A stretch of 64,000 nucleotides of DNA from contig NC_068987.1 in assembly GCF_001194135.2 (NCBI RefSeq), forward strand, positions 88,710,430-88,774,429, written 5' to 3'. The notes beneath the pieces were generated by a model. The model saw only the letters and a program-made list of their open reading frames with translations. It did no database searches and had not been told where the DNA came from. The position numbers and the translations under genes are program-made. Source of the DNA: Octopus bimaculoides (taxonomy: Eukaryota). Positions 12,568 through 25,629 of this stretch are shown here, in pieces (position 1 is the first letter of the stretch; each line of letters starts with the position of its first letter).

Positions 12568-14596
12568 ATGTATGTATGTACGTATGTATGTATGCGAAAT
12601 ATTCCCTCATTGTGAATTTCTTCTAAATCGTAACGTGTCTTTCAAAAATAAATCTATGAAAATGATTATGCATATGTATGAATCTCTGTGTTCATAATTA
12701 TTATCATCGGCGTAATTATTCTAATTAAAAACGGATGTCGCCCAATTCGACTCCATTTTGACTCCATTTTGATCCATTTTCAAACATATTTTGCTTTAAA
12801 TGGCAATTAAATGAAATCTTTCGGTATTCTCACGTTTATTAACATAATATACAGACGTTTCAATATATGTGATGGAAGTCTGCACCAGTTAAATAGAAAC
12901 TTAGTCCAAGAATGCAACAAAAAATATTTTTCTGATGTTTTGTCAGTTGTATATAAGCGAATCATAATTAGGATTAAACTAAAAACACAGATTATGGCAA
13001 ATACATTTTATGTCTGATTGTTTGTTACACTGTCATATTACGAATTCACAAAGCGTATATGAAGTGTGATAATGACTCCCATTCCTTGACGTACTAATGC
13101 AAAAAAATAAATAACGACACGGAAGCTGTGAAAAGAAAACTACTTACTATGGTGTTCAACTTAAACTGTGTGTAGCATCAGATGTGAAGCATTAAGGAAA
13201 GAATTGTGAAAGGCTTACAACATCGAGAAAATTGATTTGCCCCAGTGAATCAGCGGTAAAGACAGTTATTTGCGAGAAACAAAAACCAATCGCATCATAC
13301 ACGACCTGTATTTTCTCTCAATTTTAAGATTAAAAATTTCATACCATTCGCTGTGATTCTACTTCATTGTATGCTTAAAAGATACACAGAATTTCAGAAA
13401 AATATATACTATTTGTGTTCAAAAGTAACACTAAAACTTCACAGATTGCACACCAGAGTAAAACCTATCCAAGCATGTTAATACAAACTCAAAGAAATTG
13501 CATTTATATAATCCTTCCATATACAGGCGATTACAAAGGATAAATTGGATTGCCTCTAAGTGTCAGAAAAGTTGAATATCGAAAACTATAATGTAATAAG
13601 AAATATTAATATCAAGAACGGCTGAGTTTGCATGAGGCGAGGAAGGAAATCATATAAACGGTACGGAATGAGATTTCGATAATAGTTATAAAAAGATATA
13701 CAATGGACACTTATCAATATCAAAGACGCAATATATAAAGCGCTTACTGATAATAAAATCAGTAAAGCTAGCGGTGGTTTCAAGATCAATAGGGCTTCCA
13801 TTACTGAAAATTTTAAGTTAATAATTGTCCATGCACCGGTGGTTTAGTAGACAAGAAAGTTAATATTTCTGCACTTTAGAAATAACGATATCGTGTTCAA
13901 ATGAAAGCTCTGATAATGTATATATCAATATCAGGTATGCATTTGAACAGAATGTTGGGGAAATGGAAAGAGAAATGGGAGGGGGGTAAACGTCTGATAA
14001 ATAAAAGCATTAATAAATTTGAAAAACAAACAAAACTCTCATAAACTTTCTCCATATTTTCTTTAAAGTATTGACATCTTAATGATGATCCTCTTCGGAA
14101 TTATGATCGTTGTTATGGTATTTTTCTTCGATAATAAAATCATTATCATCAACGTGATCAACAACAGTCTTAGATTCATGTACACAACTAAAACATTTAA
14201 TATATGTATATTTTGAGAAACGTTGTTAATATTTTTGTTGTTATAGTTCTGGCTATTATTGATTGTTTAAATTTGCTTTCTGCTTTATGAGTTCCAATTG
14301 AATGGAAAACGTTACATAATTAAACATACAAATGTGTAAATAAAAGCGATATTCATTAAATCTTTTGCTGTGTTGTTTTCTGAAATATTTTTTGTTTTGT
14401 TTTATTTTAATGGAATAAGTGTGCAAGAAAGAACTGCGCCGCCGCTTTTGGTGATTAAATGACCAGTGAGATCGACCCAGTTTATGTTCCTCCTGAACAG
14501 TCGCTAATTGACCACTGGAGGTAAAAATAGGTGAGAGTTCCAGCAGGATATCATATTGAAAAGGAGGCGGAGTTAGTTGTAAGGATTCGTGAAGGT

Positions 14597-14987
14597 CAGT
14601 GGTTCTCATCAGGGGTCCATATGACCCTTGGAGGGATCCATCTAAGATTTTGCTGTTAAAACTTCTGGCAGAATTTTACCGCACCGGGAAAAATGCTTAG
14701 TGGCATTTCTTCCAACTCAACGTTTTGAGTTCAAATGCCGCCGTGGCCGACCTTGAATCAATAAAATAAATATCGGCGGAGCAATGGGAGGGGGGGTCAA
14801 TGTAATCGATTTATCCCCTCCCCCAAAATGCACAAAATATTTTAAAATATTTCTTATGCAATTCCTAACAATATTTAATCAAAGAAATATAACAGGGTTT
14901 TTTAAAACCTCGAATGGCTATGAGGATCCACCCGAATAAAATAGGGATCAAAAGGGTACATAGATGAAAAATGGTTAGGAACGACTG
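14597..14987. mobile_element. hAT/Charlie-like non-autonomous element with nested SINE B (about 14670-14830)
   Basis: Left end cagtggttctca, right end tggttaggaacgactg (imperfect TIRs); 8-bp flanks gtgaaggt and gtctacct do not match well. Confidence 0.45.
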
Positions 14988-15607
14988 GTCTACCTTTTGA
15001 ATGGGAGACACAAAATACGTAACAAAAGCAAGGAATATGAGGGTTGGAAATGAGCCTTAATACAGGTAGCATTAGGTAAACCATCTTCGAGGTTTAGAGA
15101 AAAATAATGTGTGAGGAAAGCAAGGAATATGAGAGAATTGGAAAGGCTTTGCGAGAAGTTGTACGAGATGAACCAGGTTCGATGCATCAAATTTTTCATT
15201 TTAAGATATTTTTCCTTAGATTAAATATTTAATTTTTGTGGAGGCATCCTGTCAGCAGTCCGGCGCTGCAGTGTGTTGGCCAGCCACGACTTCACGTCGA
15301 GCTATCGTATTTTTGTTATATTATAGATTATTAATTTGTATGTCTTAAATTTTACTATATTACATTTAAACGTTGGCGATTTAAGAACTTTGTCAACCAA
15401 CACTGAAGTTAAATACTTGAGTTGAAATCAAAGGGGTTCACAGATAATAAACGAACGTTAAAACAACTTTAGAATTCCCCATTATAAAGTCAAGGCTTTT
15501 TAGCTTGAATAATTTGTTGCCATGTAAAAAAAAGATTATATTTTGTAGATAACTATTTCAGTTAGATTTAGATGGTTTAGTTTCTTTTCGTATGTGAAAT
15601 ACCATTA

Positions 15608-15664
<57 letters not shown>

Positions 15665-15927
15665 NNNNNNNNNNNNNNNNNNNNNNNNNNNNNNNNNNNN
15701 NNNNNNNNNNNNNNNNNNNNNNNNNNNNNNNNNNNNNNNNNNNNNNNNNNNNNNNNNNNNNNNNNNNNNNNNNNNNNNNNNNNNNNNNNNNNNNNNNNNN
15801 NNNNNNNNNNNNNNNNNNNNNNNNNNNNNNNNNNNNNNNNNNNNNNNNNNNNNNNNNNNNNNNNNNTATATATATATATATATATATGTATGTATATATA
15901 AGAAATTAAAATGAAAAGAGAACAAGA

Positions 15928-16097
15928 AATTAGGCCGTGAACTTCATTAGCTTACAGCTGTTTCTGCTACAACATACAATGCACTTCATTTTTGAAACTC
16001 TGATAAAACCACAGGGTAATACGCAAACATTCAACTATGAGTGCATTGGACCTTACAGCAGAAACAGCTGTAAGCTAATAATGTTCACAACATAATT
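15928..16097. mobile_element. Short TIR MITE (about 170 bp)
   Basis: gtgaacttcattagcttacagctgtttctgct and agcagaaacagctgtaagctaataatgttcac are near-perfect reverse complements. Confidence 0.75.
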
Positions 16098-16524
16098 CGT
16101 TATTTCATTGTCATTTTGATTTTTTATTACTGCTCTGTACTCGACTGATACTTTGTTCTAAAGCATATATATAAACATAGAGTTCTAACACCAAATTATT
16201 TGTATCAATATGCTTAAGAGTGTTATGACGTGAGTATACACGTCTAGTGTAAAATAGTATTACCCAAATAAATAGCTAGTTGTGGTATTCTAAAAGTAAC
16301 TTATCGCGGAAATATGTGTTAACACAGAACGCACTCCGTACTACTCGAACGTAGGTACGATACTCATTATTCCACTGTTCAACTACCGACTGTTGAACCA
16401 ACACACGTCGAACTAAAACCCGTCAACTACACTTCTGACACTTCACTCAGTTCTTATTTATTGTAATCGGTTAATCCACCTCCAGTCACGTGGGTGTGTT
16501 CACGACTCTCGCATAACATAGTGA

Positions 16525-16527
<3 letters not shown>

Positions 16528-16592
<65 letters not shown>

Positions 16593-16694
16593 GAAATCAA
16601 TCTACCTAACAAATACGAAGAAGAAGAAGAAGAAGAAGAAGAAGAAGAAGAAGAAGAAGAAGAAGAAGAAGAAGAAGAAGAAGAAGAAGAAGAA
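16528..16694. repeat. (AAT)n and (GAA)n trinucleotide tracts
   Basis: Direct reading. Confidence 0.95.
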
Positions 16695-17411
16695 NNNNNN
16701 NNNNNNNNNNNNNNNNNNNNNNNNNNNNNNNNNNNNNNNNNNNNNNNNNNNNNNNNNNNNNNNNNNNNNNNNNNNNNNNNNNNNNNNNNNNNNNNNNNNN
16801 NNNNNNNNNNNNNNNNNNNNNNNNNNNNNNNNNNNNNNNNNNNNNNNNNNNNNNNNNNNNNNNNNNNNNNNNNNNNNNNNNNNNNNNNNNNNNNNNNNNN
16901 NNNNNNNNNNNNNNNNNNNNNNNNNNNNNNNNNNNNNNNNNNNNNNNNNNNNNNNNNNNNNNNNNNNNNNNNNNNNNNNNNNNNNNNNNNNNNNNNNNNN
17001 NNNNNNNNNNNNNNNNNNNNNNNNNNNNNNNNNNNNNNNNNNNNNNNNNNNNNNNNNNNNNNNNNNNNNNNNNNNNNNNNNNNNNNNNNNNNNNNNNNNN
17101 NNNNNNNNNNNNNNNNNNNNNNNNNNNNNNNNNNNNNNNNNNNNNNNNNNNNNNNNNNNNNNNNNNNNNNNNNNNNNNNNNNNNNNNNNNNNNNNNNNNN
17201 NNNNNNNNNNNNNNNNNNNNNNNNNNNNNNNNNNNNNNNNNNNNNNNNNNNNNNNNNNNNNNNNNNNNNNNNNNNNNNNNNNNNNNNNNNNNNNNNNNNN
17301 NNNNNNNNNNNNNNNNNNNNNNNNNNNNNNNNNNNNNNNNNNNNNNNNNNNNNNNNNNNNNNNNNNNNNNNNNNNNNNNNNNNNNNNNNNNNNNNNNNNN
17401 NNNNNNNNNNN

Positions 17412-17703
17412 ATAGAGATAATTCGAATGTGGAATCTAAAAACAGAAACAATTCCTATCATAGTAGGTGCCTTAGGTATAATAAAAAAATATTCAGACAA
17501 ATACATAACAAAAACACCAGGACTTACAAATATACATAACATACAGAAAATTGCACTACTGGGTACTGCACACATTCTACGCAAAACACTTTCAATACAG
17601 TAAACATAAGAGCACCACAGCAAACCACAGCACATACCCAAGGCGCACAGAGCTGCGCTCGGTAGTGAAGTGAAAGCACGTTATAAAAATAAAACTACTG
17701 AAC

Positions 17704-17748
<45 letters not shown>
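17412..17748 (+). mobile_element. R4/Dong-clade retroelement 3' end with open C-terminal frame, 3' UTR and (AAT)n tail
   Basis: Frame 17412-17603 IEIIRMWNLKTETIPIIVGALGIIKKYSDKYITKTPGLTNIHNIQKIALLGTAHILRKTLSIQ*, then UTR and (AAT)n at about 17703-17748. Confidence 0.85.
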
Positions 17749-17749
17749 T

Positions 17750-17959
17750 GCAAATTTTGTCACAAGGGCGGCCATTTTGGGGAGGAAATATGTCGATTAC
17801 ATCGATCCCAGTACTCAACTAGTACTTAATTTATCGACTCCGAGAGGATGAGAGGCAAAGTCGACCTCGGCGGAATTTGAACTCAGAACATGGCGGCAGA
17901 CGGATTACCGCTAAGCATTTCGTTCGGCGTGCTAACGATTCTTCTTGCTCGCCACCTTT
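17750..17959 (-). mobile_element. SINE family B
   Basis: Reverse complement of ggcg(g/a)cgagctggcagaa..gttagcacgccg..ctgagttcaaattccgccgaggtcgactttgcc. Confidence 0.9.
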
Positions 17960-18664
17960 AGAAATAATAATTATAATACATACTTATAGTAATACGCACA
18001 GAAACACATTCAGATACACGCACACGTACACACACATATACACACACACACAAACACGCACACACACACATCTACATACAGTTAAATATACGTGTAGAAT
18101 AAGTACCAAACTTGAAAAAACCAACTCGGCCGCAGTCTAATGACTGAAACATGTAAGAGATAAAAAATAAAGATAAAGACACTTGCATAAATTCATATAT
18201 ATCCACGGTAGTAACTTCATGATAGAAAATACACATCCATCCCGGGTATTTTTACTGATATACAAGAATACAAACACGCATACTCACACATATTTGTATG
18301 TAAGCCTGTATGTGTCCATACGCACAAATAATTGCACGTACACATCTATATATACAGCAGAATGCACGACTGAGTAGCACCAGCTTGCAGTTTACATGTC
18401 ATGTCGCCTATCTTCATTGAGTAACAAAACTGACAGCACGATGATGTCTTTACTCGTTCTTAACCATTATATTAGCCTTCGCCATGAATATGCTTTTCGC
18501 CGTTGGATTTCGGTAAACGGCTTCCTCCTTTACACGATGTGGGCTCACAACGCAAACGATTCAGTGATATAGCGAACTCTTAGACACCGGTGTTTTGGCA
18601 TTATTATGTTTCACTGTTAGACGTGTTCATTAAACTTTAATGAAAGGTTTACAAACATAGGTAC

Positions 18665-18835
18665 AGACGCGGTTGTGTGGTTAAGAAGTTCGCTTTGCAA
18701 CAAGATGGTCTCGAGTTCAGTCTCATTGCTCGGCAAGCTGGACAAGTCTCTTCTACTATAGTTTCGGATCGACCAATGCCTTGTCAGTGAATTTACTAGA
18801 CAGAAAATGAGTGGAAGTCTATCGTAGGTAGATTT
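18665..18835 (+). mobile_element. SINE family A 5' half, followed by three copies of a 15-bp repeat (tgtgtgaagcatt core)
   Basis: gacgcggttgtgtggttaagaag..gagttcagtc..caagtctcttctactatag. Confidence 0.75.
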
Positions 18836-18944
18836 GTGTGTGAAGCATTTGTGTGTGAAGCATTTCTGTGTGAAGCATTTCACCCGGTGTGCTAAGGTCT
18901 CTGCCAGCTCGCCGCTTTGTTCTACACCGAATATTGAACATTTT

Positions 18945-19100
18945 TGCTATTTTTGCAACACAAGGTGGTGAGTTAGCAGAATCGTTACCACGCCGGGCAA
19001 AGAGCTTAGCGGCATTTCTTCCGACTTTACATTCTGAGTCCAAATGCCACCAAGATCGACTTTGCCTTTCACCCTTTCGGAGGTCGATAAAATAGTTACC
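18945..19100 (+). mobile_element. SINE family B
   Basis: ggtggtgagttagcagaatcgtta..ctgagtccaaatgcc..gactttgcctttcacc. Confidence 0.8.
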
Positions 19101-19711
19101 AGTTGAGCAGTAGAGTCGGTGGGAGAGTCTTCTTCTTCCCCTCAAAATTGCTAGCATTGGGTCAAAAACTTAGAAAGAATTGTATTGGGAACATACGATC
19201 AAATGCATTACAACCGTGGCCATCCCTTCTATTTATCGCAGGACTACTTGATCTGACGAATATTTTCCTTATTTAGAACGATTTGAGGATGGTTTGTTTG
19301 CTATTTTTACACGTTAATCAATCCTGTAGAGTTTTACCCTCGGTGGCTGAAAGTTTTAAAAATAGGTGAAGAAAGCTTCTCAACCAATTTGCTTGGTAAC
19401 CTTTTCACTGTTTACTAAGCGACCTCTGCAATTCAATTCAATTTTAATCATATTTAAATTGTTTTCTTTCACTTGAGGTCTGTCCTACTTTCGACTAGTT
19501 TCAGTTAACTTTTATATCGTGATTATTGGAAATAACAAAATATAAAATATTCGCTTTGAAAAGAAATACGAAATGTGTGATATAAATAGATATCTGCATA
19601 CATAAAAGAGTAAATGTTTGAAGTAATACGCCGCCACACACGCACACACACATATAATATGCACGCAATACACACCTAATTATACATAATGTATTTATAC
19701 ATACATACATG

Positions 19712-19755
<44 letters not shown>

Positions 19756-20344
19756 NNNNNNNNNNNNNNNNNNNNNNNNNNNNNNNNNNNNNNNNNNNNN
19801 NNNNNNNNNNNNNNNNNNNNNNNNNNNNNNNNNNNNNNNNNNNNNNNNNNNNNNNNNNNNNNNNNNNNNNNNNNNNNNNNNNNNNNNNNNNNNNNNNNNN
19901 NNNNNNNNNNNNNNNNNNNNNNNNNNNNNNNNNNNNNNNNNNNNNNNNNNNNNNNNNNNNNNNNNNNNNNNNNNNNNNNNNNNNNNNNNNNNNNNNNNNN
20001 NNNNNNNNNNNNNNNNNNNNNNNNNNNNNNNNNNNNNNNNNNNNNNNNNNNNNNNNNNNNNNNNNNNNNNNNNNNNNNNNNNNNNNNNNNNNNNNNNNNN
20101 NNNNNNNNNNNNNNNNNNNNNNNNNNNNNNNNNNNNNNNNNNNNNNNNNNNNNNNNNNNNNNNNNNNNNNNNNNNNNNNNNNNNNNNNNNNNNNNNNNNN
20201 NNNNNNNNNNNNNNNNNNNNNNNNNNNNNNNNNNNNNNNNNNNNNNNNNNNNNNNNNNNNNNNNNNNNNNNNNNNNNGAATGAGACAATTGGGCGCTGCT
20301 TTTTGGACGCTGGTGATCTAGTGCGGTTGACCGGATTCTTCATA

Positions 20345-20510
20345 TCCTTTATCTTTTAACTGTTTCCATCATTTGACTGTGGCCATGCTGGGGCTCCGCC
20401 TTGAAGAATTTTTAGTTGAATGAATCGACTCCAGTACTGAATTTTTATGCCTGGTAGTTATTCTATCCGTTCCTTTTGCCGAACCGTTGTGTTAGTGGGC
20501 ATAAACACGG
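20345..20510 (-). mobile_element. SINE family A 3' half
   Basis: catttgactgtggccatgctgggg..gaatcgactccagtac..ttttgccgaaccg. Confidence 0.75.
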
Positions 20511-20540
20511 GCATAAACGCGCGCGTGCGCACGAGCGCGC

Positions 20541-20578
<38 letters not shown>

Positions 20579-21869
20579 AAACAGTTTCTCCTCCTCTTAA
20601 GAGAACGTGTAATCGAAAGCAGTGAGTTATATAACTGTGTTATATAACCAAAGCAAATTCCGTAAAGGCACCCAGGAAATAGACGATGGTGCTAAGTCAG
20701 ACGTTTTGTTATTTCTACTAATTCTTCTTATATTTATATTGTATGGTATTTGATATACCTATATATGTCTATGCTGTTCAAATACATGCCAGTAGATACT
20801 CTTGGGTTATTCCCCTTAGCTCATTTTTATTTAAATCATGGACATTTCCTAAGCCATAAATGTATTTTATTCATTTTTATTTTCTATAAGTCCCTTCGCT
20901 ATTGGCAATAAGGTTTAATCATTCTCGTGCTAATGACGTCTATTTAGTCAGAAACACTTGTTTACGTCTCTTCTCTTATCTTCAGACAATAAGCCTGTCT
21001 TCTTTTGCTCATTGACATGTCAGCTTTGAAGAAATTTTTGATGCTTGAGATTATCTCCCCTTCTCATAAGGCGCTGGTCATAATTGCCGTTTGGTAATTG
21101 CAATACATCTTCTAAAGGCGAAGATAATTCTAACAAATCAAGACCTTATGTTGTATGGCATTTGATACACCTGTATTTATAGAATGACTTTGTAATCAGA
21201 TATAAATATTGACCGTGTGTTGTTTGCTGGAATTAATATTTTTGTTGTCGTCTAATGTATTGTGAAAATGAAGTAGACTGTAACAGTAATTAATGATATT
21301 ACGATAACTTCTGAAGAATACAATTTTGTTCTTGTTTATATAAATTTATGAATTAAAAAAAACTAGCTATTTCATTGTGTATTTATAAACCACATTGAAG
21401 AATTATTCACTGTAAATTAGAAAAATATACAAATTTCACTAAAAAAATTTTAGGTGAAATGAGAAAAACTATTGCTATGAAATCTAATTAAATCTGAACA
21501 TTTCATTTACGCTCTAAAACTGCACAATTCTTCTAAAATGCTTTGTTCTCTAACAGCTGTAAAATTTTCTTGAAAATAAATACTAAAAAATATGTTCGAT
21601 TCACTTGATTTTTTTCTAGCAATTTTTTTTTTTAATGTTAAATATTTTTGTCAGACATTCCAGAATGTAATCAACTGTTAATTTGTTTAGTGGACTAATT
21701 TGGTCTACTTAGAGATATGATTGAAATATGGTTTGCAATGCATGTAGAGTCAAGATAATTATCATCATCATCATCATCTAACTGCTGCAAATGACACAAA
21801 CGTGGTTATTTCAGGATTGTTTTCGCGATTTGCCAATTGTTTTGAAGAAAATAATTCTATGACAGGTAC

Positions 21870-22307
21870 AAGGCCAAAGATTTGGAGGAGAGGAAGAGAA
21901 TAGTTGTTTACATCGAATTTACATCGACCCCACTACTCGACCCAGAAAGAATGATAGGTAAAATCGACTTCGGCGGGATTTGAACATAGAATGTAAAGAT
22001 AAAGAGAACAATTAATAAATATTGGTTTCGAATTCTGGCACAAAGTCAACAATTTCAGTACCCAGAGCTTAACTGATATCTATTTTATCGCCCTCAAAAG
22101 AATTAAAGGCAAAGTGGACCTCGGCGAAATTTGATTCTGCCAACTCACCGCTTCAAATAACTAATAAATATCTATTTCTTTATTGCCCACAGGAGACTAA
22201 ACCTAGCGGAGACAAGCAAGGACAGATAAATGGATATATAGACCTCAGTGCGTGGCAAAGTCGACCACGGCGGAATTTGAACTCAGAACCAAAAGACAGA
22301 TGAAATA
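21870..22307 (-). mobile_element. Three tandem partial SINE family B copies
   Basis: Repeated aaaggcaaagt(c/g)gacctcggcg(g/a)aatttga blocks near 21960, 22110 and 22255. Confidence 0.8.
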
Positions 22308-22689
22308 ANNNNNNNNNNNNNNNNNNNNNNNNNNNNNNNNNNNNNNNNNNNNNNNNNNNNNNNNNNNNNNNNNNNNNNNNNNNNNNNNNNNNNNNNNNNN
22401 NNNNNNNNNNNNNNNNNNNNNNNNNNNNNNNNNNNNNNNNNNNNNNNNNNNNNNNNNNNNNNNNNNNNNNNNNNNNNNNNNNNNNNNNNNNNNNNNNNNN
22501 NNNNNNNNNNNNNNNNNNNNNNNNNNNNNNNNNNCCAAGCAGTTTCATTTTAGTGTTCTTTTAAATTACAGTTCATTTTACACTCATGTATCTTTTTTTA
22601 ACACAAAATTACAATGAATATTTTACTATATCGTCGAAAATTACGATAGGCGGCAACTCGTCGTATCTAAACTGAAATGGTGATATTTC

Positions 22690-23205
22690 AACTCTCTTTT
22701 TACCAAATAGTTCTCTTAACCTCTCCCCTCTTTCTCTCTTCCAATAGCACGCCCTTCTTACTTTCATGGTTTGCCAGTTTTACTCTGATAACATTTTTCA
22801 TCTTTTTTACCTTCTTTTCGATTTCAACATTTTTTCGTATTCTACGACGTTTCGTAAATGTCTCCCTGTAGGCATCTTTCTCTGATATCCTTCACCACTT
22901 TCTTCGTCCGCCATAATTTCCTCTGTCTCAAATTCGCTGTCTCTTTCGTTTCCATTCTTCTGTCGTGCTCCTTCTTCCTTACTGGTTGAAGGCAACGGTT
23001 CCTGAGTTCGCATTTCACTTAATTTTTCATTTGAGTTTCCATTTTTTTTCCTCTTTTCTTTCTTGTTTTTTTCTTCGATGGTCTTTCTTTTTTTTCTTTT
23101 CATCACCGTAAATTGTTCCTCTATTTTCTCTTCCTCTTCAGCTGTATCTCTTCCTCTTGCATTTCTGTTTCTGTTATTTCTACCTCGTGTTTCTGGGGAC
23201 ACTTG
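22690..23205 (-). pseudogene. Possible LINE (L1/Tx1-like) ORF1 C-terminal remnant
   Basis: HMKAKCP resembles the HX4C end of a zinc knuckle, followed by a K/E/R-rich low-complexity frame (ORF 22807-23223). Confidence 0.35.
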
Positions 23206-23310
23206 GCCTTCATGTGTACTCACAACGGCCCGTCTGGGAATCGAAACCGTGATCCTACGACCGTGAGTCCGCTTACCCTAACCACTGGTCCATTGCGCCT
23301 CCACATAAAT
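23205..23310 (-). mobile_element. SINE family E tRNA-derived head, 3'-truncated
   Basis: gtggaggcgcaatggaccagtggttaggg..ggtttcgattcccagacgggccgttgtgagt with A and B boxes. Confidence 0.8.
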
Positions 23311-23744
23311 AACTCATACGTATCATCGCAAACATCGAATAAATTCAACAAAATCTAGTAGTTTTTTGCTTTAGTCTTTTCTTGCCTTTTATTTACGTCA
23401 TTCACGGTTTAAATTCAATCTGCGACTCATTCGACTTTGACGTTCACCATCTTTGGTTTCATAAATAATCCTTCTTAAAACCGATAAAGAATCCTTGTTT
23501 TAGTAATATAAAATCGTGATCTTGTATCTGTTTACGAAATCAAGATAACCGCGTTCGTGGCGAGCACTTTTGGAAACTCTTGGTTACTTCTTGTGATTCG
23601 ATACCGCGACTCAATTTAATCCTCATTCGACGCGCGCGTTCACTTCAATTAAGCTGTTAATCCATCTATAAAAAATATAAATATCGAAATATCCTATTCC
23701 CACATCCACTCAACTTTTGGAACCTGAAACGGAGTAGAAGTTTA

Positions 23745-23920
23745 GAGAGGGGGGGGCGAAGTTGATGACATCGACTCCAGGGATCAACTCATACTTAATT
23801 TATCGACCCGAAAGGATGAAAGGCAAAGTTGACCTCGGCGGAATTTGAAGTGACACAGTAAAGCCGTACGAATGTCGCTAAGTATTTCGTCCTACGCGGT
23901 AACGATTCTGCCAACATGTT
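23745..23920 (-). mobile_element. SINE family B
   Basis: tttatcgacccgaaaggatgaaaggcaaagttgacctcggcggaatttga. Confidence 0.85.
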
Positions 23921-24317
23921 ACCTTAATAATAATAATAATAACAATCCTTTTTACTATAGGCCCAAGGTCTGAAATTTGAAGGGAGGAAGGATGGTGGTG
24001 TATAATACGGAAGTGAAAAAAGTGAAAAATGTGAAATATGTGGAAACTTTTGGTTATACATTACGTTTGTGTGTGTGTATGAATATATTTATGCGTGTGT
24101 GTGTGTATACATGTGAGTGTNNNNNNNNNNNNNNNNNNNNNNNNNNNNNNNNNNNNNNNNNNNNNNNNNNNNNNNNNNNNNNNNNNNNNNNNNNNNNNNN
24201 NNNNNNNNNNNNNNNNNNNNNNNNNNNNNNNNNNNNNNNNNNNNNNNNNNNNNNNNNNNNNNNNNNNNNNNNNNNNNNNNNNNNNNNNNNNNNNNNNNNN
24301 NNNNNNNNNNNNNNNNN

Positions 24318-24381
<64 letters not shown>

Positions 24382-25138
24382 ATTAGAGACAGCTGCAGGT
24401 TGCTGATAGTTTCGTAAATAGATAGATATACGATAAACAACCGGAATAGAAATAACAACTCTCTCTCTCTCTCTCTCCAATTCCGAACAAAAAATCGTAA
24501 CGATTGTAAACGATTAACTCGGTTGATTATACGTTATTTTCCAACGATTATCTTGACAATTTTTTTTTTAACGTTAAGTAGCTTACTTAGATATCATATT
24601 TTATAATCTTATAATTTTTATGGCGAATAAATTTATGTTAGTAAACGTAACTATTTAAGATAACCAGATAGATCTTCCAACTGCAGTCTAACTATAAACT
24701 ATTTACTTGGGTATTTTTAGGGTTCCTTATTTTTTTCTTCATTTTATTTCATTTTATTTTATTTTATTTATCTACTTATCTTATTTATCTACTTATTTTA
24801 TTTATCTACTTATTCATATAATTCGTCTGTTTTATCAAAATTGAACATCTTTAATGTTATGAATTTATCCCTTTTACGAAATCGTATAAGATAACAACTG
24901 CTATAAAAGTTAACCAGAAATAAACCGCGTTATCTTAACGTGGTTATTTGTAGTTAACACAGATTCCAACTTCCTGTTAATTGCCAAAATAGTGATCAAT
25001 GCTTTCAGAATCATAGCTTAGAACTACACAGGCGCAAAATGTAAGTTTTCAGTGAATCGTGACTGGAATATATTTTCGATTTACAATTGAAATCTTGAAG
25101 TCTGAGTAAGACAACATAGTGAGTATTAGAATACACAA

Positions 25139-25159
<21 letters not shown>

Positions 25160-25170
<11 letters not shown>

Positions 25171-25189
25171 GCGCGCGCACACACACAAC

Positions 25190-25257
<68 letters not shown>

Positions 25258-25290
25258 CAGATAGATAGATAGGTAGGTAGGTAGGTAGAT
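25160..25290. repeat. (CA)n then (GATA)n/(GGTA)n microsatellites
   Basis: Direct reading. Confidence 0.9.
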
Positions 25291-25377
25291 AACTCGATCT
25301 ACATTGAAAAGATTAAGTCAACTGCATTTCGACTAAAAAGGTGAGAAATGGGAGACCGTGTATACATACATACATAC

Positions 25378-25545
25378 GAACACCTTTTTTGTTGATGACC
25401 TAAAATTATATTCTGATAATATGACCAACATCAAGAGACAATAAGAACTTGCCACAACAGTTTTAGAATTTGGACAAGATAAATGTTCCTGCATGATAGT
25501 CAACCGAAGCAAGATTGTCAATCTGGCAGAGACCATTACATCAAG
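25378..25545 (+). pseudogene. R4/Dong-clade reverse transcriptase catalytic-site fragment
   Basis: FFVDDLKLYSDN..*..LEFGQDKCSCMIVNRSKIV: RT DD motif and the EFG.DKC motif typical of R4-clade RT. Confidence 0.7.
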
Positions 25546-25586
25546 GGAATGTCTGTCTCCCCTGCTGTTCTTAGTTTATGTCCATT

Positions 25587-25629
25587 GTCTGCAAATCTTT
25601 CGTCACACACCTGTGACCTCTTCAGCGAC
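25587..25629 (-). ncRNA. Degenerate type I hammerhead ribozyme-like motif
   Basis: Minus strand GUCG CUGAAGA G GUCACA-GGUG-UGUGAC GAAA GAUUU G CAGAC: perfect 6-bp stem II, but G at the cleavage position. Confidence 0.55.

Noticed and set aside
13200-13850. Possible RTE or PLE coding remnants
   Set aside because: Only vague resemblance (IKDAIYKAL); no diagnostic motif.
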